DNA of 26,177 nt from Candidatus Eiseniibacteriota bacterium (GTDB taxonomy: Bacteria > Eisenbacteria > RBG-16-71-46), in assembly GCA_963776245.1 (NCBI GenBank), contig CAVZLN010000002.1, forward strand, positions 1 to 26,177, read 5' to 3'. A program made the translations under genes and the position numbers. The notes under the pieces are model-generated. The model was given only the letters and a program-made list of their open reading frames with translations, searched no databases and had not been told where the DNA came from. Positions 15,713 through 26,177 of this stretch are shown here, one piece after another (position 1 is the stretch's first letter; each line of letters opens with the position of its first letter).

Positions 15713-18700
15713 CTATTGTCCCGCCTCCAGCTCCGCCGTCAGACCCTTCCCGGCCGCCGGACCGTGTCCGTGTTTGCGCCGTTCCTCCAGGTACTCGGCG
15801 TACTCGTCCGGCCGCTTGGTGAAGCGCATGGCCCAGCGACCCGAACCAATCGCCGAAGTCGTCGAGGTAGGTGTAGACCACCGGCACGACGACCAGCGTC
15901 AGCAGGGTCGAAGTGATGAGCCCGCCGATCACGGCGTACGCCATCGGCGCGCGGAACTCCGAACCGGCCCCGAGCGCGAGCGCGGTCGGCAGCATGCCGA
16001 AGATCATGGCCAGGGTGGTCATGATGATGGGCCGCAACCGCAACTGCCCCGCGTCCACCAGCGCCTGCTGGCGGTCGCTGCCGCGGTCCCGCGCCTTGTT
16101 GGCGAAGTCCACGAGCAGGATGGCGTTCTTCACCACCAGGCCCATCAGCATGATGATGCCCACCATGCTCATCATGTTGAACGAGCTGCGGCCCAGCGCG
16201 AGGCCCAGGGAGACGCCGAACAGTGCCAGGGGCAGCGAGAACATGATGGCCAGCGGCTGGGTGAAGCTGCCGAACTGCGAGGCCAGGATGAGGTAGATGA
16301 ACACGATGGCCAGCAGGAGCGACTCGACCATGTAGCCGACGGTCTCGGCGAACATCTCCTGATCGCCGCCGAAGTTGAAGCGATAGCCGGGCGGCAGCTT
16401 CAGCGTCTTGATGCGCTGGTTCACGTCGCTCACGACGGCGGTCAGCGCACGGCCCTGGTAGCTGCCCTCGATCGTGGCGACGCGCTCGAGGTTGCGGCGG
16501 TCGATCTGGTTCGGGGCGCCGCCGTAGCGCAGGCTCGCCACCTGGCCGAGCGGGATCATCACGGGCTGACCGGTGCGGCCGTCCACGTTGCCGGTGGCGA
16601 TGGGGATGCTCGTCAGGTCGGCCTGCGACGTCCGGAACTCGGGCGGCCAGCCGCACGACGACGTCGTTGGCCACGCCGTTCTCGTCCTCCCAGTCGCCGG
16701 TGGTCGCACCCGCCAGGATCGGCCGCAGCGAGGCGCTGACCGCCCCGACCGAGAGGCCCACGTCCGCAGCCAGTTTGCGGTCCACGCTCACCACCCATTC
16801 GGGCTTCTGGTCTTCGAGCGTGGACTTGAGCTCGACCAGACCGGGAACGTCCTTCACGGCGGTCATGATCTGCTCCGAGATGCGCCGCAGCTCGTCGAGG
16901 TTGGGACCCTGCACCATCACCTGGATGGGTGCCTCGCTGTGTCCGCCGAAGCCCGCGACGAGGATGCGCGCGCTGATGCCGCGGAACTGAGGCAGCTTGG
17001 TGCGCAGGTCGCGCTCGAGCTGCATCTGCGAGCGCCGGCGCTCGTGCTTGGGGGTGAGCTTCACGTAGATGTTCCCCGCGCTGACGGAGTTGTTGTGCGC
17101 GGTGCCGCCGATCGTGGTGTAGCAGTAGGTGACCTCGGGCTGGGTCTTGAGGTAGCGCACGATCTCCTGCGCCTTGCCCTGGGTGTAGGAGAGCGACGAG
17201 CCCACCGGGGTCACGAAGTCCACGCCCGTGGCTTCCTCGTCGGAGCTGGGCATGAACTCCCCGCCGACGATCCCGACTGCCGGCAGGACCAGCGCGAGGA
17301 CGAAGGAAACGGCGGCGATGGCCACGGTCAGTCCGCGGTGGGCCAGCGCCCACCCGATCAGGCTCCGATAGCGCACGCCGATGCGAGCGAAGGCGTTGTT
17401 GAACCTCTCGAGCAGGTGCCCGACCCGGCCCCCGTGCTTGCGCCCCTCGGCGTCCGGGTCGTACCAGCGCGACGACAGCATCGGGTCCAGCGTGAAGGAC
17501 GCGAACAGCGACACCGCCACGGCGAAGGCGACGGTGATGCCGAACGGGAAGAACATGCGGCCGACGATGCCGCCCATGAACGCCACCGGGACGAACACCG
17601 CGAGGATCGAGAGCGAGGTGGAGAGCACGGCGAAGCCGATCTCGTCGGTGCCCTTGCGCGCGGCGGTGAAGTGGTCCTCGCCGCGCTCGAGATGTCGGAC
17701 GATGTTCTCGCGCACGACGATGGCGTCGTCGATCAGGATGCCGATGGCCAGGGACAGCGCCATCAGGGTCATCATGTTCAGCGTGAAGCCGAACGCGTAG
17801 ACGGCGAGGAAGGCCGAGATCACCGACACCGGCAGGGTGAGCCCGGTGATGACCGTCGAGCGCCAGCGAGTTCAGGAACAGGAAGACGATGAGCACGGTG
17901 AGCAGGCCGCCCTCGAGCAGCGTCTTCTGGACGTCCTCGACCGAGTTGCGGATCCACGTCGAGTTGTCGGAGATCATCTTGGTCTGCACGCCGGCGGGCA
18001 GCGTGCGGTTCAGCTCGACGATGGCCTTGTGCACCTCGTCCGCGATCTGGCACGGTGTTGCCGCCCGAGATCTTGCGCACCTCGACGGCGACGGTGCGCT
18101 CGCCGTCCACGAAGGCGACGTCGCGCTCCTCCTGCTGCGCGTCCTCGATGCGGGCGACGTCCTGAGGTGGATGGGGGTGCCGCCGCGCGTGGTCACGACC
18201 ACGTTGGCGAAGTCCTTCGGGTTCTGGATGCGGCCCTTGATGCGGACGAGGTCCTCGCGCGCGCCCTTCTCCACGCGGCCCGCGGGCACGTCGGCGTTCT
18301 CGCGCTGCAGGGCGGCCATCACCATGTCGGGCGAGATGCCCAGGGCATTCATGCGGTCGGGCCGGAGCAGGACGTGGATCTCGCGGCGCAGGCCGCCGAC
18401 CACGGACACGCTGCCCACGCCGGGGATGTTCTCGATGCGCCGGCTGATGGTCTCCTCGGCGAGGCGCGTGAGATCGCGCATCGCCCAGCCCTCGCCGCGG
18501 ACGGAGAAGCTCATGATGGGCAGGCTCTGGACGTCGAAGCGCTGGATGATCGGCGGGTCGATGTCGGTGGGCAGGTCCGCGCGGATGGCGTCCGACCTTG
18601 GCGCGGACGTCCGCCAGCGCGTTCATGACCTTGATGCCCAGCTGGAACTCGATGAAGATCATCGAGTAGCCCTCGGTGGACACCGACTGCACGGTCCTTG

Positions 18701-18931
18701 ACGCCCTCGGTCGAGTTGACCGCCTCCTCGATCTTCTTGGTGACCTCGCGCTCGACGGCTTCGGGCGAAGCGCCCCGGTAGTTGGTCTGGATGCGCGACG
18801 AACGGGAAGTCCACGTTGGGCCACTGGTCGATGGCGAGACGGCGGAGCGAGAACAGCCCGAGCACGACCAGCGCCAGGATCAGCATGGTCGCGAGGACCG
18901 GACGCTTGATGGAGAGATCGCTCAGGAACAT
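15713..18931 (-). CDS. RND efflux permease, AcrB/AcrD/AcrF (HAE1) family (frameshifted)
   Basis: [34 protein letters not shown]-like [42 protein letters not shown]; stop TAG at 15713-15715 after correcting a frameshift. Confidence 0.93.
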
Positions 18932-18934
18932 GGG

Positions 18935-20074
18935 CTACCTCTTCCCGGCGCTTCTTGGCGGTCTGCGGGCGGCCGCCGGCGCCGCCTGCCGGCGCGTCCG
19001 GCGTGACGTCGCGTGAGAGTCTGCACGGGCTGGCCGTCCACCAGGCCCTCGACGGCGCTGATGACCACCTTGTCGCCCGCGCGCAGCCCGCTGCGCACCT
19101 CGACGAGGTCGGTCTGCTCGTCGCGCAGGCCGACCGTGACGGTGCGCTGGTGCAGCTTGCCGTCCGCTCACGACCCAGGCGTGGGTCGTGCCGTCCGTTC
19201 CGGTCGTCACGCCGGAGCCCGGCACGGCGAGCGCGGCGCTCGCCTGCTTGAGCACGATGCGTCCGCTCGCGAACATGTCCCCGGCCAGCCGGTGGTCCCG
19301 GTTGGGCACGATGACGTAGACCTTCACCTGCCGCGTCGCCGCGATCCACCGTGGCGTTGACGCGGGACACGTGGCCGGAGACCTGGCGGCCGTCGAGCCC
19401 GCTCACCGTCAGCGCCACGGGGACGCCCGGCTTGAGCCGGCCCAGCGCCTCGGTGGTCACGCTGGCCGTGAACTCGAGCTCGTCGGTGTTGACGACGCGG
19501 AACAGGCGGATCGCCGTCACCGACGCGGTCGCCGCTCTGCAGGAAGCGCTCGGCGACCACGCCCGCGAACGGAGCCCGCACGGTCGCCTCGTCGAGGCGC
19601 TTGCGGCCCACGGCCGCGGCGGCCTCGGCGGCCTTGAGCTGCGCCTCGGCGTTCTCGACGTCGCGCTCGGCGACCGCGCCCTCCTTGAGGAGGTTCTGCA
19701 TGCGCCGGCAGTCGGCCGCGGCGATGCGGCGCTGGGCCTCGGCGCTGGCCGCGGCGGGCGTGACCGAGGTCATCCGCATGCGCGCCAGCACCTGGCCGCG
19801 CTGCACCGCCTGACCCTCCTTGACCAGCACCTCCTCGATCACGTCCGGGAAGGGCGCGAGCAGGTTCACGTCCGCCAGGGGCCTCAGCGTGCCCTGCACG
19901 GGCACGCCGGTCGCGATGTCCCTGCGGACCACCACGGCGAGGTCGCGCGTGGTGAGCAGGGCGGTCTCGGGCCCCGCGGCGCGCGTCCTTCTTCGCGGCG
20001 CTGTTGCCGCAGCCGGCCACCATGGCCGCCAGCAGGGCGGCCGCCAGCAGCCGCTTCATCAGGCGCGTATCCAT
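18935..20074 (-). CDS. RND periplasmic adaptor (MFP), lipoprotein (frameshifted)
   Basis: Lipobox-like LLAAMVAGC; VLVKEGQAVQRGQVLA; TVRAPFAGVV. Confidence 0.88.
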
Positions 20075-21513
20075 CAGTGCGTTCCCTCAGGGTTGGAGGA
20101 AGGGGTGATGTCTTCGAGGGTCCGGCGCTCGATCGGGACCGCGATGGCCCACCGCGCGCTCGAGCTGCGGCGATGGCCACCAGGTAGTCGCGCATGGCCT
20201 GGACCTCGTTGACCTCGGACGACTGGAGCTGCAGCCGCGCGTCCGAGACCTCGATCTGCGTGGACATGCCGTTCTTGAAGCGCACGCCGGCCAGCTCCCA
20301 GGCGCGCTGCGCCTGCCGCACGGTCTCGCGCCGGGCGAGCAGCGTGGTCTGCGGTGCGCTCGATCTCGTCGCGGGCCTGCACCGCCTCGATGGCCGCGCC
20401 CTTCTGCGCGCGGTCGCGGGCGGCCATCGCCTTCTCGTACTCGGCGCGGGCCTCGACCACCTGGCCGTGCGTGCCGCAGGCCGTTGAAGATGGGCACGCT
20501 CGAGCCGCACGAAGGCGTCCCAGTTGCGGCGGAAGTCGCGGCGGGTCGGCCAGGTGTCCGTCGGGTACGCCTGGTGCGACAGGTCGGTCGAGACGTACAG
20601 GTCGGGCCAGTACTGCCCGCGGTACAGCTTCACGGCCAGCCGGCGCGCCTCGACCATGTGGTTCGCGGCGGCCACGCGCCGGGCCGCTGGTCCACCGCGG
20701 TCGAGAGGTCGGTCACCACCGGCACCGTGCCGTCCGCCGCCGCGAGCGGCGTGAGCAGGAGCAGCGGCTGCTCCAGCGGCACGTCCACCAGCCGCTTCAG
20801 GTTCAGCAGGGCGAGCTCCGCGGCGCTCCGGGCCGCGATCACGTCGGGCTCCTGGTTGGCCGCGTCCACCTCGGCGCGCAGCTGCTCGTACTCGGAGCGG
20901 TTGCCCTCGCGGCGGCCGGCCCGCACCTGGCCGAGGTGCGCGCGGGCCTGCGTGAGCGCGCTCTCGGCGATCTCGACCAGCCGGCTGCGAGTAGACCGCG
21001 TCGTAGTAGGCCTGCCGGACCTGGAAGCGTCAGCTCGGAGGCGGTCTCGCTGCTCGTTGGCCCGCGCGGCCCGGTTGGCCGCGCGCGCCGTCTTGCAGGG
21101 CCGCGCCCACCTTGCCGCTCGACCACAGGAGCTGCTGCGCCGTCAGGTCCAGCGGTCCAGGTGTGCTCCGCGGCGAAGGAGCTGTTCTTGAGGATCGCAC
21201 CGAAGACCCCGGTGTCGGCGGCGCATGCCCGAGAAGATGCTCTCGATCTTCCGGTCGTAGAGGATCGTGCCCGAGATCTGCGGCAGCGCCTGGGACATGG
21301 CCTGGTAGACCTGGCCCTGGGTCTGCTTGACGTTGCGCGCGGGCGGTGCGCATCTCCTCGCTGCGGGCGAGCGCGCGCTGGATGGCGTCGTCGAGCGTGA
21401 GCCGCAGCGTGTCGGTGGGCCGGGCGCCGGCGGCTCGCCGGCGGGCGAGCGCGGGGCCGGCAGCAGCAGGACGCGCCAGCAGGAAAGCGACAGTGAAGCG
21501 GCCGGACGTTCAT
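20074..21513 (-). CDS. TolC-family outer membrane efflux protein (frameshifted)
   Basis: LTLDDAI..AL, SEYEQLRAEVD, PIFNG, RFKNGMSTQIEVSDARLQL; overlapping start/stop junctions with tetR and MFP. Confidence 0.85.
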
Positions 21514-22116
21514 GAGGCGAGGCCCTCCATCACCAGGGTCGAGGCGCGCGCGCAGCTCGGGCAGGAGCGGGAAGATGTCGGGCAGCGCAGCAATGACCCA
21601 CTCGTAGAGCGTGCCGTGGTAGATGCAGCCGAGCACGCGCCTCCACGCGCTGACGGGGTCCCGTGGCGGATCTCGCCGCGCTCCTGGCCCTGTCGCACCA
21701 GCTCTGGATGAGTCGCGTGCCAGCGGATCGGCGAGATCCTCGTTCGGCTCGAACGCGCGGCGCATCAGCTCGATCAGGACGAAGCGCGCGAGCGCGTGCG
21801 TCCTCCTCGTAGGCGGACGCGGCCATCGAGTAGATCTCGAGGAGCTTCTCGATCGCGGGACGCGGGTCGGCCAGCAGCGCGCCGACGTTCTCCTCGATGA
21901 CGCGCCCAGGCGCTCCTCGGTCAGGTAGGCGAGGACGGCGTCCTTGCGGTGGAAGTAGTTGAAGAAGGTTCCCTTCGCGACGTCGGCCTTCTCGGTGATG
22001 TCGTCCACCGTGGTCTGCTCGAAGCCGCGCTCGCGGAAGAGATCGATCGCCGCGTGGAAGATCCGGTGCCGGGTCTCCTCCTTCTTGCGCTCGCGGCGGG
22101 ACAGTTCGACGTTCAT
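21510..22116 (-). CDS. TetR/AcrR family transcriptional regulator (frameshifted)
   Basis: SRRERKKEETRHRIFHAAIDLFRERGFEQTTVDDITEKADVAKGTFFNYF. Confidence 0.92.
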
Positions 22117-22123
22117 GGCCGTG

Positions 22124-22145
22124 TGACCTCTGGTCAAAAATGACC
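22124..22145. promoter_or_regulatory. Probable TetR operator (overlapping palindromes)
   Basis: TGACC-TCT-GGTCA-AAAA-TGACC, covering the tetR RBS. Confidence 0.65.
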
Positions 22146-22166
22146 GCACCCAAAGTTGACTGGAGG

Positions 22167-22195
22167 ATATTATTGTACTGAGATACCGAATGCAA
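22167..22195 (-). promoter_or_regulatory. Sigma70-type promoter of the efflux operon
   Basis: On - strand TTGCAT (22195-22190), 17 nt spacer, TAATAT (22172-22167). Confidence 0.65.
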
Positions 22196-22527
22196 GAGCC
22201 TCCGTGATCCATCGATCATGACGGCCAGCCAGGCCGAAACCTTGCACGTCCACCCTTGAAACCATACGGAGGAACCAACCTGCCATCACCTGAGGGTCGC
22301 CCATGAGTCTCGGTCCGTAGTCGCAAATCACGACCAGGCAAGCGCTTGGCGCATTGAATCGCACCCTGGCCCGGTGCGCCTACCACGGGCGAATGGTCCG
22401 CGCCGCGACCTTCCGGAGCGCCCACATCTTGGCGTGCTGGCGCGGTCCGTCAAGGTGTTACACTCCGACGCGTCGCACGGAGAGGGCCGCGGTCGCGCGA
22501 TGGCGGGACGAAACGCCGGAGGATTCG

Positions 22528-22965
22528 ATGCCCCTCGAATGCCGGATCGAGCACGAGCGCCGGATGGTCATGGCGACCGCGACCGGGGTTCTCTCGGTCG
22601 AGGACTTCCTCCTGAAGCATCGCGAGGTCTGGGGCCGCAGCGACGTGGCGGGCTTCGACGCCGTCTACGACCTCAGCGGGCTCGAGGACTTCGTGCTCTC
22701 CTCGGGGGAGCGCCTGAGGGCGCTGTCCGACCTGGCCTCGAGCCTGGACGTGCCCGGGACCAGCGCGAGGCTCGCGATCGTCGCGCCGCAGGACTTCGCC
22801 TTCGGGCTCGCGCGCATGTACGCGGCCTTCCGCACGCTGAACCCGCGCGGCGGGAAGACCGTGAACGTGTTCCGCTCGATGCAGGCCGCGCTGGACTGGC
22901 TCAGCGTCGAAGGCTCGAGCACGCCCCCCGGCGCGGGCCCGCCGGAGCTCAGCGCCAGCGGCTGA
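22528..22965 (+). CDS. SpoIIAA-like / STAS-SEC14-like small protein
   Basis: RBS GGAGG 22518-22522; TG-T-TACACT upstream; G.LS.ED, YDLS, RLAIVAP..FGLARMY, VFRSM.AALDWL. Confidence 0.75.
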   Translation: MPLECRIEHERRMVMATATGVLSVEDFLLKHREVWGRSDVAGFDAVYDLSGLEDFVLSSGERLRALSDLASSLDVPGTSARLAIVAPQDFAFGLARMYAAFRTLNPRGGKTVNVFRSMQAALDWLSVEGSSTPPGAGPPELSASG

Positions 22966-22973
22966 GCCCGCCG

Positions 22974-25294
22974 TCAGAACGCGACGGTCACCTGCGTGAG
23001 CCAGCCGCGGGTCGCGGCGGGGACGAGCATCGGCACCAGGTTGCCGATCGCGTCGTAGTCCATGTAGCCGCCGGTCGCGTAGCGCGCGTCGGTCACGTTC
23101 GTCACGCGCAGGGAGAGCTCGGCGCGCGCGCCGCCCCGCGGAGCTCCGGGCGGCGCCCGCGGTCAGCATCGTGCGCGGCGCGATGCTGGCGGCGTCGGTG
23201 CCGGTGTTGTCCACGTAGATGCGGCCGGCGTGCTGCACCTCGCGCCGACCGTGACGCCGCGCCACGAGGCGCGCCGCGACGTTGCCATCACCGCGGGGAA
23301 GAACCCGAGCGGCTTGCCGTCGTGGAGACGTCGTCGGCGGGGTCGGGCCGCAGGCCTCGCGGTAGTGGACGAAGTGGTTGTCGGAGAGGGTCGTGTTCGC
23401 CTCCAGCGAGCCGCGCCGCGCCGGGCAGCGCGTGCGCGGCGGCCCGGCCAGCTCGACGCCCTGGTGCACCGAGCGCGCGGCGTTGCCGAGGATCGGGTAG
23501 CCGAGGTCGGTGTCGAACTGGCCCGCGTAGACCAGCTCGTCGCGGAAGTCCATGCGGAACAGGTTCGCGCTGGCCGCGACGCGCGGCCCGCTGCCACGGC
23601 CGCCCAGCTCGCAGTCGTTCACGCGCTCCGGCTTGATGAGCGGGTCCTCGTAGACGCCGGCCGCCACGTCCACGGCGGTAGAGCGGCACGCTGCCGGCGC
23701 CCTCGGCGTCGTAGAGGTCGCGGAACGCGGGCTCGCGGCTCGCGACCGCGCACGAGGCGAAGGCGTGTCCAGCCGCGCGGGCGTGAGAGGCGCCCCGAGC
23801 CGCGGCAGCGCGAAGTCGTACTTCTGTCGAAACGCGATGCCGTCGAAGCGGTCGCCCTCGCATCCGGTAGCCCTGGTGGCGCCACGCGAGGTCGGCGGTC
23901 GCGCGCAGGCGCGGCACGCCGCCATTCCTCGCGCGCGAACAGCGCCGCCCGACATCGTGCGCGGGTGGTAGTCGTAGTAGGCGTGCTCGGGCGCAGCGCC
24001 GGGCGGCAGGCCGTCGCCCGAGATCACGCCCGAGTGCTGGCCGTCGTGGAAGCGCAGCTCGCCGCCGATCGTGAGCGCGCCGCCCGCGTGCGCGATGCGC
24101 GCGCGCGGCACCCAGCCGAAGTGCCGGTGTCACGTCGCGCCGGCGCACGACGTCGAAGCGCTCGACCTGGCGCGGCCCTGCCCGTCGAGCACGATGTTCC
24201 CGTTCGAATCGCGCGCGTAGTAGTCGTGCGCGAACAGCGTCGTGTCGCTGGTCGTCCACGGCGCGAAGCGGTAGTCGGCGAGCGAGTCGCCGAGGCGCTG
24301 CTCGTCGTAGTAGCCGCGGCCGTCGAACCAGAAGAGCGTCTGCGAGAGCGTGACCGCGGCACGGCGTCCAGGTGTGGAGCAGCTCGTAGTGCGGCTCGAA
24401 GAAGTGGTCCTGCTCGCCCGGGTAGGTGATCGGGTTGAAGCGCCGGTCGCGGTCGGCGTCGCCCGGTGACCGTGCCCGGCCAGGTACTCGGGCGTGACGC
24501 CGAGGTAGGCGAGGTGCGTGTTCTCGGGTCCGCCGTAGAGGTTGAGCCGCCACGACTGCGAGCCGGCGATCTTCTGCGCCGAGAGCGCGTACGACCAGAG
24601 CTTCGACCACGACTGGTCGCGATAGCCGTCGGTCTCGATCCGCGAGTAGCGCCCGTAGAGGCCCCAGCCGCCGGGCAGCGCGCCCGAGTCGCCCTCGAGC
24701 ATCAGCCGCTTCGTGCCCCAGGCGCCGTACGAGACGCTGGCCGTGCGGCGCGCGACCTCGCCGATGGGCGCGGTCGTGAGCGAGACGCTGCCGCCCAGCG
24801 CCGCCGCGCCGTAGAGCGCAGGGCCGACGCCGCGCTGCAGACTTGAAGTTCGGCGGTCGAGGCGAGCAGGTCGGGGTGGTCGATCCACCACACCTCGTGC
24901 GACTCGGGGTCGTTCAAGGGCACGCCGTTCACGAGCACGCTGATTCGCCGCTGCGGGAAGCCGCGCAGCGAGAGGTACGAGTAGCCGATGCCGTTGCCCG
25001 CGTCGGAGTAGGCGTACGCGCCCGGCAGCGAGCCGAGCGCCATGGGCGTGTCCTGCCCCCAGTTCACCTCGCGCACCTGTTCGCGCGAGAGCGTCGTGCG
25101 CGCCAGCGGCGCGCGCGCGTCCGAGCGGGTCGTGCTCACCTCGATGGGGGCGAGCGGCACGACGCGCGGGAACGTGTCGGACGCGTCGGTCCGCGCGGCG
25201 GCGGGAGGCGGCCTGCGGCCGCGCCGCCCGGGCGCGGGGCGGCGCGCCCGGGCGAGGGCCGCGAGCGCGGCGCGAGGAGGAGGGACGGCTTCAT
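22974..25294 (-). CDS. TonB-dependent receptor, probably thiamine-type (heavily frameshifted)
   Basis: Plug GQDTP..L..LP..SDAGNGIGYS..LRGF..RISVLVNGVPLNDPESH..W..PD; LKPE-like IKPERVND.ELG; C-terminal GWLTQVTVAF. Confidence 0.85.
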
Positions 25295-26177
25295 CGGCGC
25301 CTCCGCTGCGGCCGAAGCCAGCCCGCGGCGAGCACGGAGCAGCGACGCGCCGAGCCCCGCGTAGATGGGTTCGAGGACGGAGCGGATAGCCGGGCGACCA
25401 CCGGCGCGAGCGACTTGCGCAGCACCCAGCCGAGCGAGACGACGAACGGGGACCATGAACGCGCACGGTCCAGCGCGAAGAGAGCCGGCCGCGGCCGGAG
25501 CAGCGCGGCCGCCACCGGCAGCAGCAGCATGGGCGTCACCACCGAGCCGATGTCGTGCCAGAGGGCGATCACGCTCTGGCTCGCGACGGCGAGCACGGTC
25601 GCGACCGCCGTCGAGAGCCACAGGCCGATGCGCGCCAGTCGACGGCACGCGGCCTCGTCGCCGCGCACGAGCCGCCAGATGAAGTCGCGCCCGACGGTCG
25701 TCGCGGCGATGAACGCGTACGAGTCGATCGTGCTCATCACCGTCGCGATCATGCCGAGGTAGAAGAGCCCCAGCGCGACCGGCGGGAGCGTGAGGCGCGC
25801 GAGGTCGGGGAACGCGAACACCGGCTCGGCCAGGTTCGGCAGCAGCGCCCGCGCGTAGAGGCCGGTCGCGGTGGTCATGAAATCGAACACGGCCCAGCAG
25901 GCGATGGACCACAGCACGGCGTTCCGCGCCACCCGCGGGTCGCGCGCGGCGTACGCGCGCTGCCAGAAGCCCGGGTCCACGAGCGCCGAGAGTGCGATCA
26001 CGTACCAGACGAAGATCGCCCCCGGCGGGTTGCCGCCGTGCCACTGCCAGTGCGTCGCCGGCACGTGGGCGTGCAGGAACGCCAGCCCGCCGTGGTGCGC
26101 GAACAGGAACGCCAGCATCAGCACGAAGCCGCCGTACATGAGCACGAACTGGATCTGGTCGGTGAACACCTGCAAAT
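25291..26177 (-). CDS. Sodium:solute symporter (SSS) family protein, 5'-truncated by window
   Basis: TDQIQFVLM, DPGFWQRAYAARD, GMIATVMSTIDS..RDFI; ATGA overlap with the TBDR start. Confidence 0.88.
   Translation of the reverse strand, partial: LQVFTDQIQFVLMYGGFVLMLAFLFAHHGGLAFLHAHVPATHWQWHGGNPPGAIFVWYVIALSALVDPGFWQRAYAARDPRVARNAVLWSIACWAVFDFMTTATGLYARALLPNLAEPVFAFPDLARLTLPPVALGLFYLGMIATVMSTIDSYAFIAATTVGRDFIWRLVRGDEAACRRLARIGLWLSTAVATVLAVASQSVIALWHDIGSVVTPMLLLPVAAALLRPRPALFALDRARSWSPFVVSLGWVLRKSLAPVVARLSAPSSNPSTRGSARRCSVLAAGWLRPQRRRR

Noticed and set aside
22339..22362. CAAGCGCTTG palindrome (LacI-like) and adjacent sigma54-like TGGCGC..GC
   Set aside because: No LacI gene nearby, only 10 bp; GG-to-GC spacing is 11, not the required 10

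Overview
High-GC bacterial chromosomal DNA carrying many single-base indels, most likely uncorrected long-read errors; several genes had to be stitched from ORF fragments in different frames. The secreted-protein families recall uncultured FCB-group lineages such as Ca. Eisenbacteria (inference from memory, not searched). In order: (1) a + strand housekeeping operon, punA - histone-H1-like/DksA-TraR - lspA - rluD - RsbW-like ATPase - ruvX - mltG, then an orphan larE; (2) a ~4.4 kb block bounded by a 29-bp imperfect direct repeat (6164-6192 / 10581-10609). It holds a structured 440-nt intergenic region, a DUF3098-like membrane gene whose stop codon lies inside tRNA-Val(TAC), a secreted Ig-like/dockerin-like protein and three related secreted proteins, two of which end in the same 'TWGQ(V/I)KxLYR' C-terminal motif; (3) murB, moaA, a DUF4350/GATase-like exported protein, a small Zn-ribbon protein and mutY, with hairpin elements between convergent genes; (4) a - strand tetR-tolC-MFP-RND efflux operon with visible promoter and operator; (5) a SpoIIAA/STAS-like gene and a - strand sodium:solute symporter plus TonB-dependent receptor, probably for thiamine uptake. 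The best candidate for an undescribed system is the TWG-tailed/dockerin-like secreted protein cluster beside tRNA-Val.
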